Assembly (NCBI GenBank): GCA_040756085.1
Contig: JBFMAE010000135.1
Location: 1-32,630 of the forward strand
Origin: Thermodesulfobacteriota bacterium
Lineage (GTDB): Bacteria; Desulfobacterota; BSN033; UBA1163
Direction of reading: 5' to 3'
DNA: 32,630 bases
A program made the position numbers and the translations under genes. Under the pieces are notes generated by a model. That model had not been told where the DNA came from. It did no database searches and worked only from the letters and a program-made list of their open reading frames with translations. Shown here piece after piece: positions 22,520 through 31,555 of this stretch (the stretch's first letter is position 1; each line of letters starts with the position of its first letter).

Positions 22520-23808
22520 TCTTCTAACCGGTCGATCAATTCAATCTGAACTCCCAACCCCTTCAGGACTTCATAGAAAGTGGGGAAGGAGATCTTTGCA
22601 TATTCCGCATGGTCAATGAGTGTGGTGCCTTTGGCAATCAGGCCAGCCACAGCCATTGCCATCACAATGCGATGGTCATGATGGCCGTCAATCAGCGTTC
22701 CATGTAGGTCGCTGTGATAGATGGTAAGGGTATCGCTTTTTTCTTCCATCTTCGCCCCCATCTTCGTCAATTCCTGATGGATGCTCTTTACACGATCGGT
22801 CTCCTTCAGCCGGGAAGCCCCTAAGTTTTTAAGAACCATCTTCCCCTCAGCCCGGCATCCTAGGACCGAGAGAATGGGGGGAGCATCCGGAATGTTTCCA
22901 CAATCGATCTCCATACCTCGAAGTGTCTTTCCCCCACGAACGCGAATCCCGCCCCTTCCATGATCCCGGACTTCGATATCTGCTCCCATCTCTCTCAGGA
23001 TTTCAATGATGACCTTGTCACCCTGGTAGTCCTGAGTATCCATTCCAAACAAGGTGATATCCGAATCGGTGATCGCCGCTGCCACCAGTGGAAAGCAGGC
23101 AGACTCCCAATCGCTTGGAAGGGTTTCATCGAAAGGTGTGAAGGATTGACCACCCCGAAGTTTAAAACGCTCAAAGTTTTCATTCTCAAATTCTATTCCC
23201 TGGCGGGAGAGCCAGCCTAATGTCAATTCGATATAGGGTCTCTCCTGAAGGTTGTCTACCTCAATTTCTGTATCTTCCTCCCCCAGAGGGCAGTTGATGA
23301 GAAGAGGGGAGAGCCATTGGGAATTGATTCCAGGGAGCTTTGCCTTTCCACCTTTCAGGACTCCCTTCGCGACGAGGGGTGCAGTGCCTGTGTTCCTTGT
23401 TGAGAAGACCTGGGCACCGAAATGATTTAGGGCGTCGATCAAGGGCTGGGCTGGTCTTCTTCGGATTTGATAATCTCCGGTGATCAGGGAGTAGCCATTC
23501 ATCAAGCAGGCCGTGGCCGTCATAATATAATAGGTCGTTCCGGAATTTCTCATATGAAGGACATCGTCAGGGATCTTTGGCCTCTTTCCATGGCCGGTCA
23601 CCTTCCAGATTTCTCCCAGTTCCACTTCAGCCCCGATCTGTTTGCAGACCTCCACCGTGGTGAGACAGTCTGTGCTGGCCACGGGATTTCTAATCACAGA
23701 AGTCCCTTCTGCCAGTGTGGCGATGATGACAGCCCGTGTCGTATTCGATTTGGAGCCAGGAATGGCGGCTTCACCTTTAAGGTTAGAAGGGGAAACCAAA
23801 AATTTCAT
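22516..23808 (-). CDS. aroA: 3-phosphoshikimate 1-carboxyvinyltransferase (EPSP synthase)
   Basis: IPGSKSNTTRAVIIATLAEGTSVIRNP, NSGTT and IRRRPAQPLIDALNHFGA. 430 aa. AGGAGG RBS. Confidence 0.9.
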   Translation of the reverse strand: MKFLVSPSNLKGEAAIPGSKSNTTRAVIIATLAEGTSVIRNPVASTDCLTTVEVCKQIGAEVELGEIWKVTGHGKRPKIPDDVLHMRNSGTTYYIMTATACLMNGYSLITGDYQIRRRPAQPLIDALNHFGAQVFSTRNTGTAPLVAKGVLKGGKAKLPGINSQWLSPLLINCPLGEEDTEIEVDNLQERPYIELTLGWLSRQGIEFENENFERFKLRGGQSFTPFDETLPSDWESACFPLVAAAITDSDITLFGMDTQDYQGDKVIIEILREMGADIEVRDHGRGGIRVRGGKTLRGMEIDCGNIPDAPPILSVLGCRAEGKMVLKNLGASRLKETDRVKSIHQELTKMGAKMEEKSDTLTIYHSDLHGTLIDGHHDHRIVMAMAVAGLIAKGTTLIDHAEYAKISFPTFYEVLKGLGVQIELIDRLEE

Positions 23809-23835
23809 TCCATTCTCCTCCTTTTCATCTGAGGA

Positions 23836-24684
23836 TCATTGCTTCCACGGGATAAAGACTCGTTCCAATTTTTGAAACAACCAGTTAAAGAAGATGCCGA
23901 GCAGGGAGAGGAGGATGAGGCCGACCATCAATTTCTTGGTCTGCATGAGATCCGCGGCAGTCAGGATCATAAACCCGATTCCCGCATCCGCAGCCACCAT
24001 CTCGGCGGCAACGACAAGAAGTAAAGCAATCCCGATTCCAAGTTTCATCCCGGCAAAGATCATAGGCAAGATACTCGGAAGGATAACCTTTCTGATAATC
24101 CTTGCCCTGTTCGATCCCAGGCTCAATGCGGCCTTAATCAAAAGGGGGTCCACATTTTTTACACCGGTATAAACATTAATGACCATCGGGAAGAAGACAC
24201 CCAATGCAATGACAGCGACCTTCGATGCCTCTCCAATTCCCAGCCAGAGGATCAAGAGCGGGAGAATTGCAATTTTAGGGATGGGAAAGGTTGCGGCAAT
24301 GATGGGATTGCCTACGGCTTCAGGGATGCTGAAGAACCCGATGGAGATACCGACCGCTACCCCGAAGGTGCAGGCGATCGCAAATCCCCAGAGGATCCGG
24401 CTGAGACTGGCGAAGATATGCTTAAAGATCAAGCCTGTCTTCACCATGGTCCATCCTTCGACAAGAATTCCGCTCGGAGCAGGGAGAAACAGAGGAGGAA
24501 CCCACTCCATCCGACTCACCATCTCCCACAGCAGGAGGATCGCGATAAATGAGGCAATGCTGAGCCAGGGGTGTTCTTTCATCTGGAGAAAGTAGGTCTT
24601 ATCCTGAACAATGGCCTTCTCAGCCATGGGTCGTTCAAAGGAGGTTTCTCTCCCTTCACCTGAAACGAATTTCCTTTGACTCAT
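23836..24684 (-). CDS. ABC importer permease (NitT/TauT family)
   Basis: Six TM helices. EAA-like loop [27 protein letters not shown] overlap with the ATPase gene. Confidence 0.85.
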   Translation of the reverse strand: MSQRKFVSGEGRETSFERPMAEKAIVQDKTYFLQMKEHPWLSIASFIAILLLWEMVSRMEWVPPLFLPAPSGILVEGWTMVKTGLIFKHIFASLSRILWGFAIACTFGVAVGISIGFFSIPEAVGNPIIAATFPIPKIAILPLLILWLGIGEASKVAVIALGVFFPMVINVYTGVKNVDPLLIKAALSLGSNRARIIRKVILPSILPMIFAGMKLGIGIALLLVVAAEMVAADAGIGFMILTAADLMQTKKLMVGLILLSLLGIFFNWLFQKLERVFIPWKQ

Positions 24685-25460
24685 GGCGACTCCTCCAGAG
24701 CCTCCCTGGCCTGCTCTTTAATGTATCTCCAGATCACATCGACATATTCTAAATATTGCTTCTCGATCGTGAGATGTTCACTCCTCGGCCTGGGGAGATC
24801 GATCTTCACAATGTTCAGTATCCTCCCCGGTCTCCTCGATAAGACCACCACGCGGTCCCCTAAGAAAACGGCTTCCTGGATATTATGGGTGATGTAAAGG
24901 AAACTTTTCTGTGTCTCCTCCCAGATTCTGGAGAGCTCATACTGCATCAGGGTTCGGGTCTGGGCATCGAGAGCGGAGAAGGGTTCATCCATGAGGAGAA
25001 GCAGGGGGTCATTGGCAAGGGCTCGGGCGATTGAGACCCTCTGCTTCATTCCTCCGGAGAGTTGATGAGGATACCTGTTTTCGAATCTCTGAAGCCCGAC
25101 CATGGTGATGTATTTTTTTGCAATCTCCAGTTGCTCTGCCCATTTCAGTCCCTGTTCTTCCAGACCATAAACAATATTCTTCAGCACTGTTCTCCATGGG
25201 AAGAGGGCGAAATCCTGGAAGACGACTGCCGTATGAGGCTTTGAATCTGTCCGGGCGCCCTCGAAGATCACATGTCCTGAGGTTGAGCTGAGGAGTCCGG
25301 CAATGATATTGAGTAGAGTCGATTTTCCACAGCCACTGGGGCCCACCACAACCACAAATTCATTCTCTTCGATGGCAAAGTGAATATCCCGGAGGGCCTC
25401 CGTCCTCTCCCCCTGTCGATCGGTATAAACTTTGGAAATATGATCGATGAGAACACGCAT
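24681..25460 (-). CDS. ABC importer ATP-binding protein (NitT/TauT family)
   Basis: Walker [10 protein letters not shown], signature [15 protein letters not shown], Walker [13 protein letters not shown]. Confidence 0.9.
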   Translation of the reverse strand: MRVLIDHISKVYTDRQGERTEALRDIHFAIEENEFVVVVGPSGCGKSTLLNIIAGLLSSTSGHVIFEGARTDSKPHTAVVFQDFALFPWRTVLKNIVYGLEEQGLKWAEQLEIAKKYITMVGLQRFENRYPHQLSGGMKQRVSIARALANDPLLLLMDEPFSALDAQTRTLMQYELSRIWEETQKSFLYITHNIQEAVFLGDRVVVLSRRPGRILNIVKIDLPRPRSEHLTIEKQYLEYVDVIWRYIKEQAREALEESP

Positions 25461-25475
25461 AAAATGAATAAATTA

Positions 25476-25677
25476 GAAATTCGAATATCGAAATCCGAAA
25501 CAAATCCTAAATCCAAATGTCAAAAATTCTAAAACTTTATTGCCTTTCATTTATTGAATTTTGGAAATTCGATAATTCGAAATTGTTTCGAATTTCGCCT
25601 GCCCGCCGAACCTGCCTTCGCCGAAACGCTTCGTGCAGGCAGGCAAGTTCTATGGCAGGCGGTGATTTCGTGCTTCG
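25476..25677. repeat. Composite repeat insertion inside the ABC operon (AT-rich TTCGAA-word part + GC-rich nested palindromes)
   Basis: Three TTCGAA palindromes occur within related words (gaaattcgaatatcgaaat and ggaaattcgataattcgaaattgtttcgaatttcg). There is a nested stem CGCCTGCC (25596-25603)/GGCAGGCG (25654-25661) enclosing CCTGCC/GGCAGG. The tail ggtgatttcgtgcttcgg resembles 7931-7943. Confidence 0.5.
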
Positions 25678-25688
25678 GATTTTATAAA

Positions 25689-26696
25689 TCATTTTCCAAG
25701 TTGTTGCATTGCTTCTTTCCAAAAGGAGAGATCCACCATTTCAGAACTGGACATTTTCTTTGAAACCATCCCGTTCTGGTGATACCAGTCTAACTGTTTC
25801 TGAATGTCCTCGGCATAAAGCTCTCCATTTCGATCCATATAAGGGAGGGCCAATGCAACGGCATCGGGTTTCTGTTCCGTATATTTAGAAATAATGTTAA
25901 GAATTTCCTGATATGGGGGGCCCTCCTTTTTCGCAAGTGCATGGTCATAGTAGTATCGGCAACTCCGGATATAGCCTTTCATGAATGAGACTGCCAGCGC
26001 TCGATTCTTCATAAACTTCTCTCCGTAAAAGTTTCCGGCGATCTGATAGGGAAGATGATCTCCTGCCCAGAGGAGGACGTTCGCCTTTCCATCTTTCTCC
26101 ACAGCGGTCACATGGGGCTGGACGAGGAAGGCGGACTCAATCTGATGGGAGATGACCGTATCCCGCATGCTGGCGACGCTTCCGAGGGGAACGACCTTCA
26201 CATCGTTGAGCGACATCCCCCTCTTCTCAAGAAGGTTTCCCAGAATATAATGAAAGGTTGAACCAATCTGTGTCACCCCAACACGTTTCCCTTTCAAATC
26301 CTTGAGGTCTTTCAGCCCCGACTTCCATTGGTCTGTATCGACGATAATGGCTGTCAGTTTATATCCGGGCCACTCACGGCCCTTATCCGCAACAATGGCA
26401 ATTTTCATCCCTTGGGCAATTGAATTGTAAAGACCAGCGGTCAGGCCGGTGGCACCCACATCCACGTCACCGCTGGCCGTCGCCACGGCAATGGGCTGAG
26501 CGGCCTTAAACCAGATGGGATCTATCTTGATTCCCTCGGGCTCGAAAAACCCCTTATCCATCCCGATGAAGAAAGGGGCAGTGCTGGAGAGTCTGAGGAC
26601 ACCGACCTTCACAGTGGTGATCCCCCAGGAAGAGGCGAATGAAAAGATCATAAAGATGATAGTCACGAATCCCATTAAAATCACTTTTTGTTTCAT
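25689..26696 (-). CDS. ABC importer substrate-binding protein (NMT1/THI5-like, SsuA/TauA family)
   Basis: Signal peptide, then VKVGVLRLSSTAPFFIGMDKGFFEPEGIKI and GDVDVGATGLTAGLYN, typical of NitT/TauT binding proteins. Confidence 0.85.
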   Translation of the reverse strand: MKQKVILMGFVTIIFMIFSFASSWGITTVKVGVLRLSSTAPFFIGMDKGFFEPEGIKIDPIWFKAAQPIAVATASGDVDVGATGLTAGLYNSIAQGMKIAIVADKGREWPGYKLTAIIVDTDQWKSGLKDLKDLKGKRVGVTQIGSTFHYILGNLLEKRGMSLNDVKVVPLGSVASMRDTVISHQIESAFLVQPHVTAVEKDGKANVLLWAGDHLPYQIAGNFYGEKFMKNRALAVSFMKGYIRSCRYYYDHALAKKEGPPYQEILNIISKYTEQKPDAVALALPYMDRNGELYAEDIQKQLDWYHQNGMVSKKMSSSEMVDLSFWKEAMQQLGK

Positions 26697-26803
26697 TGTG
26701 TTACCTCCTTTCCATTGTTATTAAACTCTAAGACCAGAACCTTTTGCCCAATTTTGTATTTTCTTATCATCTTGTTTCCGATAATGCAAGACCCTCGTCT
26801 CCT

Positions 26804-27985
26804 TCAGAGAGAGTTGAACCTGGACGGAAGAGGATACAGGGCATTCATGATCTGCGAAGCCACCGGTGGGCACCCTTGAATGAATATCCCTTTACTTTTC
26901 ATTTTCGAAGTACAGTTGCCGATCAGGATCGTCCCATTCGGACAGGTATTCAATTTTTTCCCAATTCCGATATGAATTTTTTTATCCCGCAAACGCCAAT
27001 CAGTAAGTTGTGAGTAGTAATCTTGGAGGAAGACCAACAGGGTTGAAAGGCAGGCACTGCAGGATCCCTCATCATAAACCACGACATCAGGAAAAGGAAT
27101 GGAGAGATGAGCAGGGGGTGGGTCAAAAGGTTTTTCCCATTTCAGATAATCCTGCGGTTCGACGGAGATTTTTTGGAGCTGGATTTCCCCCAGCCCCTTT
27201 TCCGCTGATAATCGAAGGTGAGGAACTTCCTCAGGATCAAAGCCCATCAGTCGCGAGGCCACCGCATCTGCAGAGAGAGCATTGTTACTGACCAGGACGA
27301 TTCCCATCTCTTTCGGCCTTCCATAGGCCGGTCCCATTCCCTCCATTCCGACAGTGCCATCGATGATGACGAGATGAGGATTGAGAACGGTAGCCATTTC
27401 CGAAATAGCGATATCCAATTCCTTCTCACCCTTCGTCATTTTTTTATGGGACCGGAGTTGATGAAGTCGCACTTTTTCTCTCCGCCATAAGAGGCCTTTC
27501 ATATTTTTGATGCTCAGGGTGACACGGGTGTGCATGTGGGTCTTCATAACGGGGAGAGATAGGATAAAATCAAACTCTTTGAGAAGGGCAGGAATTTTAA
27601 TCTTCTTTAGAACCTTTCCCCTTGGAATTGTCATTTCTATTAGGTCTGCTCGATCTAAATCGATCAGTTCAACCCCTTTCTTTTCAGAAACCTCTTTCAA
27701 TCCTGTGACTCGAAAAGCCTCTTTGGCATTGACGCCGAAGATACAGCTTTCTCCGATCACGATCTCTCCCGTTTTTTCCTTTCTCAGGTGATCGACGGTG
27801 GCCGAAACGACGGAAGGATGCGTTGTGATGCCCGCTCCGGGAGGAGCCAGCCGGGCAGCATTAGGTTTGATCAGGACTCTTTTCCCCTTGATGTCAGGAA
27901 GAGGAAATTGATGAAGGGCCCTCCGTGTCGTGAGATAAGGGTCTTTCCCCTTTGCAATGATAACCCGAGCGTGCTTCATCCTCAT
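26804..27985 (-). CDS. DUF362 family protein (putative Fe-S/cofactor-binding, function unknown)
   Basis: RVLIKPNAARLAPPGAGITTHPSVV and LPVMKTHMHTRVTLSIKNMKGLL match my memory of the DUF362 core. C-terminal Cys motifs CSAC and GNCTS...GCPP. Confidence 0.7.
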   Translation of the reverse strand: MRMKHARVIIAKGKDPYLTTRRALHQFPLPDIKGKRVLIKPNAARLAPPGAGITTHPSVVSATVDHLRKEKTGEIVIGESCIFGVNAKEAFRVTGLKEVSEKKGVELIDLDRADLIEMTIPRGKVLKKIKIPALLKEFDFILSLPVMKTHMHTRVTLSIKNMKGLLWRREKVRLHQLRSHKKMTKGEKELDIAISEMATVLNPHLVIIDGTVGMEGMGPAYGRPKEMGIVLVSNNALSADAVASRLMGFDPEEVPHLRLSAEKGLGEIQLQKISVEPQDYLKWEKPFDPPPAHLSIPFPDVVVYDEGSCSACLSTLLVFLQDYYSQLTDWRLRDKKIHIGIGKKLNTCPNGTILIGNCTSKMKSKGIFIQGCPPVASQIMNALYPLPSRFNSL

Positions 27986-28096
27986 CCCTTCTGGAACCTA
28001 AATTGAGCGATTCTTTGGACCAAAACGATGAAAAACATCAAGAGAATACCCTCCAAATCATATCGGGGATTCACCCAATAAGTGAAATAGAGCCAT

Positions 28097-28227
28097 ATCA
28101 TTCCTGTGAAGACAGAGCTTGCCCCGCACTTGATGCGGGGAATCCAAGTTTAATGGTTCCCTGCATCCGCAGGGACAACATCTGGATTCCCGCTTCCCTG
28201 CCTACCGCAAGCAGGCGCGGGAATGAC
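28097..28227. repeat. MITE-like nested-hairpin element, second full copy
   Basis: Termini aTCATTC...GAATGAC. Hairpins CCCCGCA-cttga-TGCGGGG (28122-28140) and CCCTGC-atcc-GCAGGG (28159-28174). Outer stem ATTCCCGC (28186-28193)/GCGGGAAT (28217-28224). It is collinear with the 18074 copy. Confidence 0.6.
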
Positions 28228-28367
28228 AACTTAAATGCTTCAATCGTAGAATCGCCCAATGTAGGTGAAAAATAGTCCTAAAGGACAGCGATTGAGGAAA
28301 TTTTCATTTTCCCTGTCAACGATTTCATCTATTGATAAGAGGAGATATCGGTGCTATATTTTAAAAC

Positions 28368-28745
28368 ATGCCTCCCAGGGCTTGCCATGCTTACTATTAT
28401 GGAGGGCTCCCTTTTAAAGGAACAAGGCGGAAGGGCCGGTTGTGGGTCAGGGAAGAGGTGCTCTTCTTTCAGGTTCCGGAAGGCAAGGGGGGTGAAAGGA
28501 TCGATCTGGAGATCCCTTTCTCAAGAATAGGTGAGATCTTCCTCACCCGTGACAACTATTACGGTTCGGATACCACCCTCTTCAACCTTACCTTCCGAGA
28601 TCAGAGTGAGAAGTCCTTCACCCTGAGGTTTGCTCCCGTTGCCCTCATTCCAAGGAGGAGGATTGCCCTTCAGAAGGAATGGTTCGACTATTTGGCCAGG
28701 GCCGTCAACCCTCCGGGCAGCCCATCTCCCCTTTCCACCAGATAA
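28368..28745 (+). CDS. Hypothetical protein, possibly bacterial PH/GRAM-like fold
   Basis: The 125-aa ORF has a pattern reminiscent of bPH/GRAM domains (GRLWVREEVLFFQ...IDLEIPFSRIGEIFL...LFNLTFRD...FTLRF). The RBS is poor. The 3' end overlaps the convergent rSAM gene by 58 nt. Confidence 0.35.
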   Translation: MPPRACHAYYYGGLPFKGTRRKGRLWVREEVLFFQVPEGKGGERIDLEIPFSRIGEIFLTRDNYYGSDTTLFNLTFRDQSEKSFTLRFAPVALIPRRRIALQKEWFDYLARAVNPPGSPSPLSTR

Positions 28746-30193
28746 TCCTTGTATTCCTGATAGTTGGATTGGACCCACAATGGCGTCCCGAAGATCTCGT
28801 GCATCATAATGTTGAAGGCCACCTTGGTGATGTAGAATCGATGGTGATGTCTCAGAATCGGGTTGGGTGAGAGCAGTTTGATCAATTCCCTGGGTCGCCA
28901 GTAGTAACGCCTCATGATATCTTTGTAGATGAGGTTGACCTGCTCCAAGTGGTCTGCCTCTTTGGTGGGCATGACAGCATGGAGATAGTCGAAATTTCGG
29001 TAGTCCCAGTCCATGATCCTTCCCATCTTCTTCATCTCATAAAAGAGCGGAGTTCCTGGAAGAGGGGTGATCAGGTTGAGGCCGAAGTGATCAACATATT
29101 TCCCGAAGAATTTTAAAAAAGCCTTGCGATCTTCCTCTGTCTCTTCCCAGTGACCGATGAGCAGGGTCGCCATGACCATCAGTTTATGTTTCTTCAAAAG
29201 CTCCATGGCATTGCGGGCATGGTCTGCGGAATGGCGCTTCCGGATATCCTTGAGAATGGACTCTTTATGATATTCGAGCCCCATCATGAACTGATAGACC
29301 CCTGCCTCCCGATAACCGTCCAGAAGGTCTTCATCCCTGATAATCAGATCTGCCCGCGACTGAAGCCAGAACCGCTGGTTTGTCCTTCGACGGAGCATCT
29401 CTTCAATAAACCCGGTGCCCTGATCCCGGGTCACATTGAAGGTGTTATCGCCCACATAGAAGGTATCCCGGTTATATTTCTCTTTGAGGAGTTGGAGTTC
29501 ATCGGCGATGAGTCTGGGGCTTCTTTTCCTCCAGGTCTTTTTATAAAAGGCCGATTCAGAACAGAAGGTGCAGTCCCAGGTACACCCCCTTGAAAAATTG
29601 ACGACCAGTCCTCGATGGCCTTCAGAAGGGATGTTCACATAGGGATGCTCCATTTTGGCGAGGTGATAGGCCGGCATCGGAAGGCTATCCAGGTCTTCGA
29701 TGAAAGGACGATCCCCGGTATAGACGAATTCACCCTTCTCATTGAGATAGGCCAACCCCAAAACCTTCGAAAGATCTTCCTTCCTTTCAACTGTCCTGAG
29801 AAATTGAGTCAGGGTGATCTCTCCCTCTCCCACGCAGATGTAGTCAATGGCCGGACAATCCCTGAGCGTCTCTTCCGCCATGAAGGAGGGATGTTCTCCT
29901 CCCATGATGATGATCGATTGGGGGCTGACCGTTTTGATCAGATTGGCGGCATTGATCCCATCGTAGATGAAGGCCGTGCAGATGACAGAGATGCCAACGA
30001 TCTCCGGTTTTTCTCTCCGGATCTTCTCTTCGAGATCCCTCCAGGGGTTTTCGTTAAGCGTACAATCCATGAAATCGATATCGAACCCATCCCTTTCTAA
30101 ATAGGCCAGCAACTGGAGACATCCGGGCGAAGGGACCCAGGCTCGGAGAATCGTCCAGATCTTATGAGGGGGATCAACCAGCAGAAATCTCAT
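28688..30193 (-). CDS. B12-binding domain radical SAM enzyme (class B)
   Basis: N-terminal cobalamin-binding Rossmann region (MRFLLVDPP...PEIVGISVICTAF...IIMGGEHPS) followed by the radical SAM cluster motif CTWDCTFC. 501 aa. Confidence 0.9.
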   Translation of the reverse strand: MRFLLVDPPHKIWTILRAWVPSPGCLQLLAYLERDGFDIDFMDCTLNENPWRDLEEKIRREKPEIVGISVICTAFIYDGINAANLIKTVSPQSIIIMGGEHPSFMAEETLRDCPAIDYICVGEGEITLTQFLRTVERKEDLSKVLGLAYLNEKGEFVYTGDRPFIEDLDSLPMPAYHLAKMEHPYVNIPSEGHRGLVVNFSRGCTWDCTFCSESAFYKKTWRKRSPRLIADELQLLKEKYNRDTFYVGDNTFNVTRDQGTGFIEEMLRRRTNQRFWLQSRADLIIRDEDLLDGYREAGVYQFMMGLEYHKESILKDIRKRHSADHARNAMELLKKHKLMVMATLLIGHWEETEEDRKAFLKFFGKYVDHFGLNLITPLPGTPLFYEMKKMGRIMDWDYRNFDYLHAVMPTKEADHLEQVNLIYKDIMRRYYWRPRELIKLLSPNPILRHHHRFYITKVAFNIMMHEIFGTPLWVQSNYQEYKDYLVERGDGLPGGLTALAK

Positions 30194-31473
30194 TGTGATG
30201 CTTTCTTCTTATCGGAGTGGGTTTGTTCTCTCCTCAGACGCCATTTGAGGAGATGTTTGAGCAGGGGTTTGGCCAGCGGGATCCGAAAAATAAAATGGGA
30301 ATAGGGGATTTTAAAAATCTCTCCGGTGAGAAGCCTTTGGGAAAAATTTCTGACTCTCTCGGCGGCCCTCTTCACTTCCGGTTCCTTCACCACTGCCACC
30401 TTCGTGAAGACATTTTCACAGTACTGGCAACTGGAGCAGGAGGTTTGATTGCAGTCCTTGGTTTTAAAATGTTCAAGGAAACCGTCCAGCTTCCGGTTAT
30501 CCAGATAGATCAGTTCCCGCACCTCCAGGTCGAAGACCTTTTCCAGTTCGGAGACCTTCATGATGTTCACATGTTCCGGTTTGATGAAGTATTCGAGATG
30601 GACAGGGGTAAACGCTCCCTTCCTCGGAAGGGTGAAAAGGTCTAAAAGATTTCCATCATAACGGCGATTTTCATAAGCCCTGACATGTTCGATAAGGAGA
30701 GGGGTCCGTTTGAAACGCTCGGTGATTTTAAAATGTGTGTACTCGAGGTTCTCATAATGGCGGATATCCTCCGGCCTGATCCAGGGGGATTTTAAAAGCT
30801 CCACAGGGTCCATCAATTTTCGGTAAAAGCAGAGATAACCCGGATACTGGAGATAGCAGTACTCCTCCTCTTCTCCCTCCCTCGAGGAATGGCCATCGTG
30901 GTTGACATGCTCAAAATTATAAGGGCATTGCCAGAGACAGATATTATTGACGATCAGTTCTAAGTTGCAACGCACTGCCTTCCGGATTGCCTCGAGGGTT
31001 TTAAATTCCCGATTGATATGTTCATCGATGATAATCTCCTCGATGCCCATCTCTTCATATTGAAGGGCCTTCCTTACGGTATTGACCCGGGCCGTTGTGG
31101 AAACTTTTACTTTAAGGCGAGGGAAGCGTTTCCTTACGAGATCGATGAGATAGGGGATGCCGACCGTGACCGAATCCGCACCGGATTGATCGATCCATTC
31201 GAGAAGATCGATCAGTTTTTTGTAACCTTTTCTGGAATACTGAAGATTACCGAGACAGGGGGCGTTCAGCAGATAACTGAACTCCAATCCTCTGGCGTGA
31301 CAGGCCTGGATATAGTTCCTCACATCATTTCGATCCACCTGGGGCAGGACAAACCCGGGTCTTGCCCCACCCACAATATCGAAAGGAAGTTTTCCAAAGA
31401 GACCATCTACCGATGTCCCCTTCAGTGCGTCAAGAAAGGCAATGTCCCAATTGGCCCCCACCCGAAGTTTCAT
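30190..31473 (-). CDS. Peptidase-U32-family protein (UbiU/UbiV/TrhP/RlhA-like)
   Basis: GADSVTVGIPYLIDLVRKRFPRLKVKVSTTARVNTVRKALQYEEMGIEEIIIDEHI, the Cys motif NNICLWQCPYNFEH, and IRPEDIRHYENLEYTHFKITERFKRTP...VRAYENRRY resemble the U32 core (compare KIEGR). There is an extra C-terminal CNQTSCSSCQYC. ATGA overlap with the rSAM gene. Confidence 0.65.
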   Translation of the reverse strand: MKLRVGANWDIAFLDALKGTSVDGLFGKLPFDIVGGARPGFVLPQVDRNDVRNYIQACHARGLEFSYLLNAPCLGNLQYSRKGYKKLIDLLEWIDQSGADSVTVGIPYLIDLVRKRFPRLKVKVSTTARVNTVRKALQYEEMGIEEIIIDEHINREFKTLEAIRKAVRCNLELIVNNICLWQCPYNFEHVNHDGHSSREGEEEEYCYLQYPGYLCFYRKLMDPVELLKSPWIRPEDIRHYENLEYTHFKITERFKRTPLLIEHVRAYENRRYDGNLLDLFTLPRKGAFTPVHLEYFIKPEHVNIMKVSELEKVFDLEVRELIYLDNRKLDGFLEHFKTKDCNQTSCSSCQYCENVFTKVAVVKEPEVKRAAERVRNFSQRLLTGEIFKIPYSHFIFRIPLAKPLLKHLLKWRLRREQTHSDKKKASQ

Positions 31474-31555
31474 CGTGGGTTAAAAATAACACGCAGGACA
31501 GTCTCTTTTCAAGAGAGGCATTATTCAATCCACCTTTGTTGCTTCGGATAATTTT

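Noticed and set aside
22781-24897. Multiple plus-strand ORFs opposite the aroA, permease and ATPase genes.
   Set aside because: They have Arg/Pro/Ser-rich shadow-ORF composition opposite motif-bearing genes.
26744-28006. Plus-strand ORFs opposite the DUF362 gene.
   Set aside because: They are shadow ORFs.
31518-31532. Minus-strand TGGATTGAATAATGC has sigma-54 GG-N10-GC spacing upstream of the U32 gene.
   Set aside because: Only the invariant dinucleotides match and the flanks are poor. The adjacent regulator is AraC-type, not a sigma-54 enhancer-binding protein.
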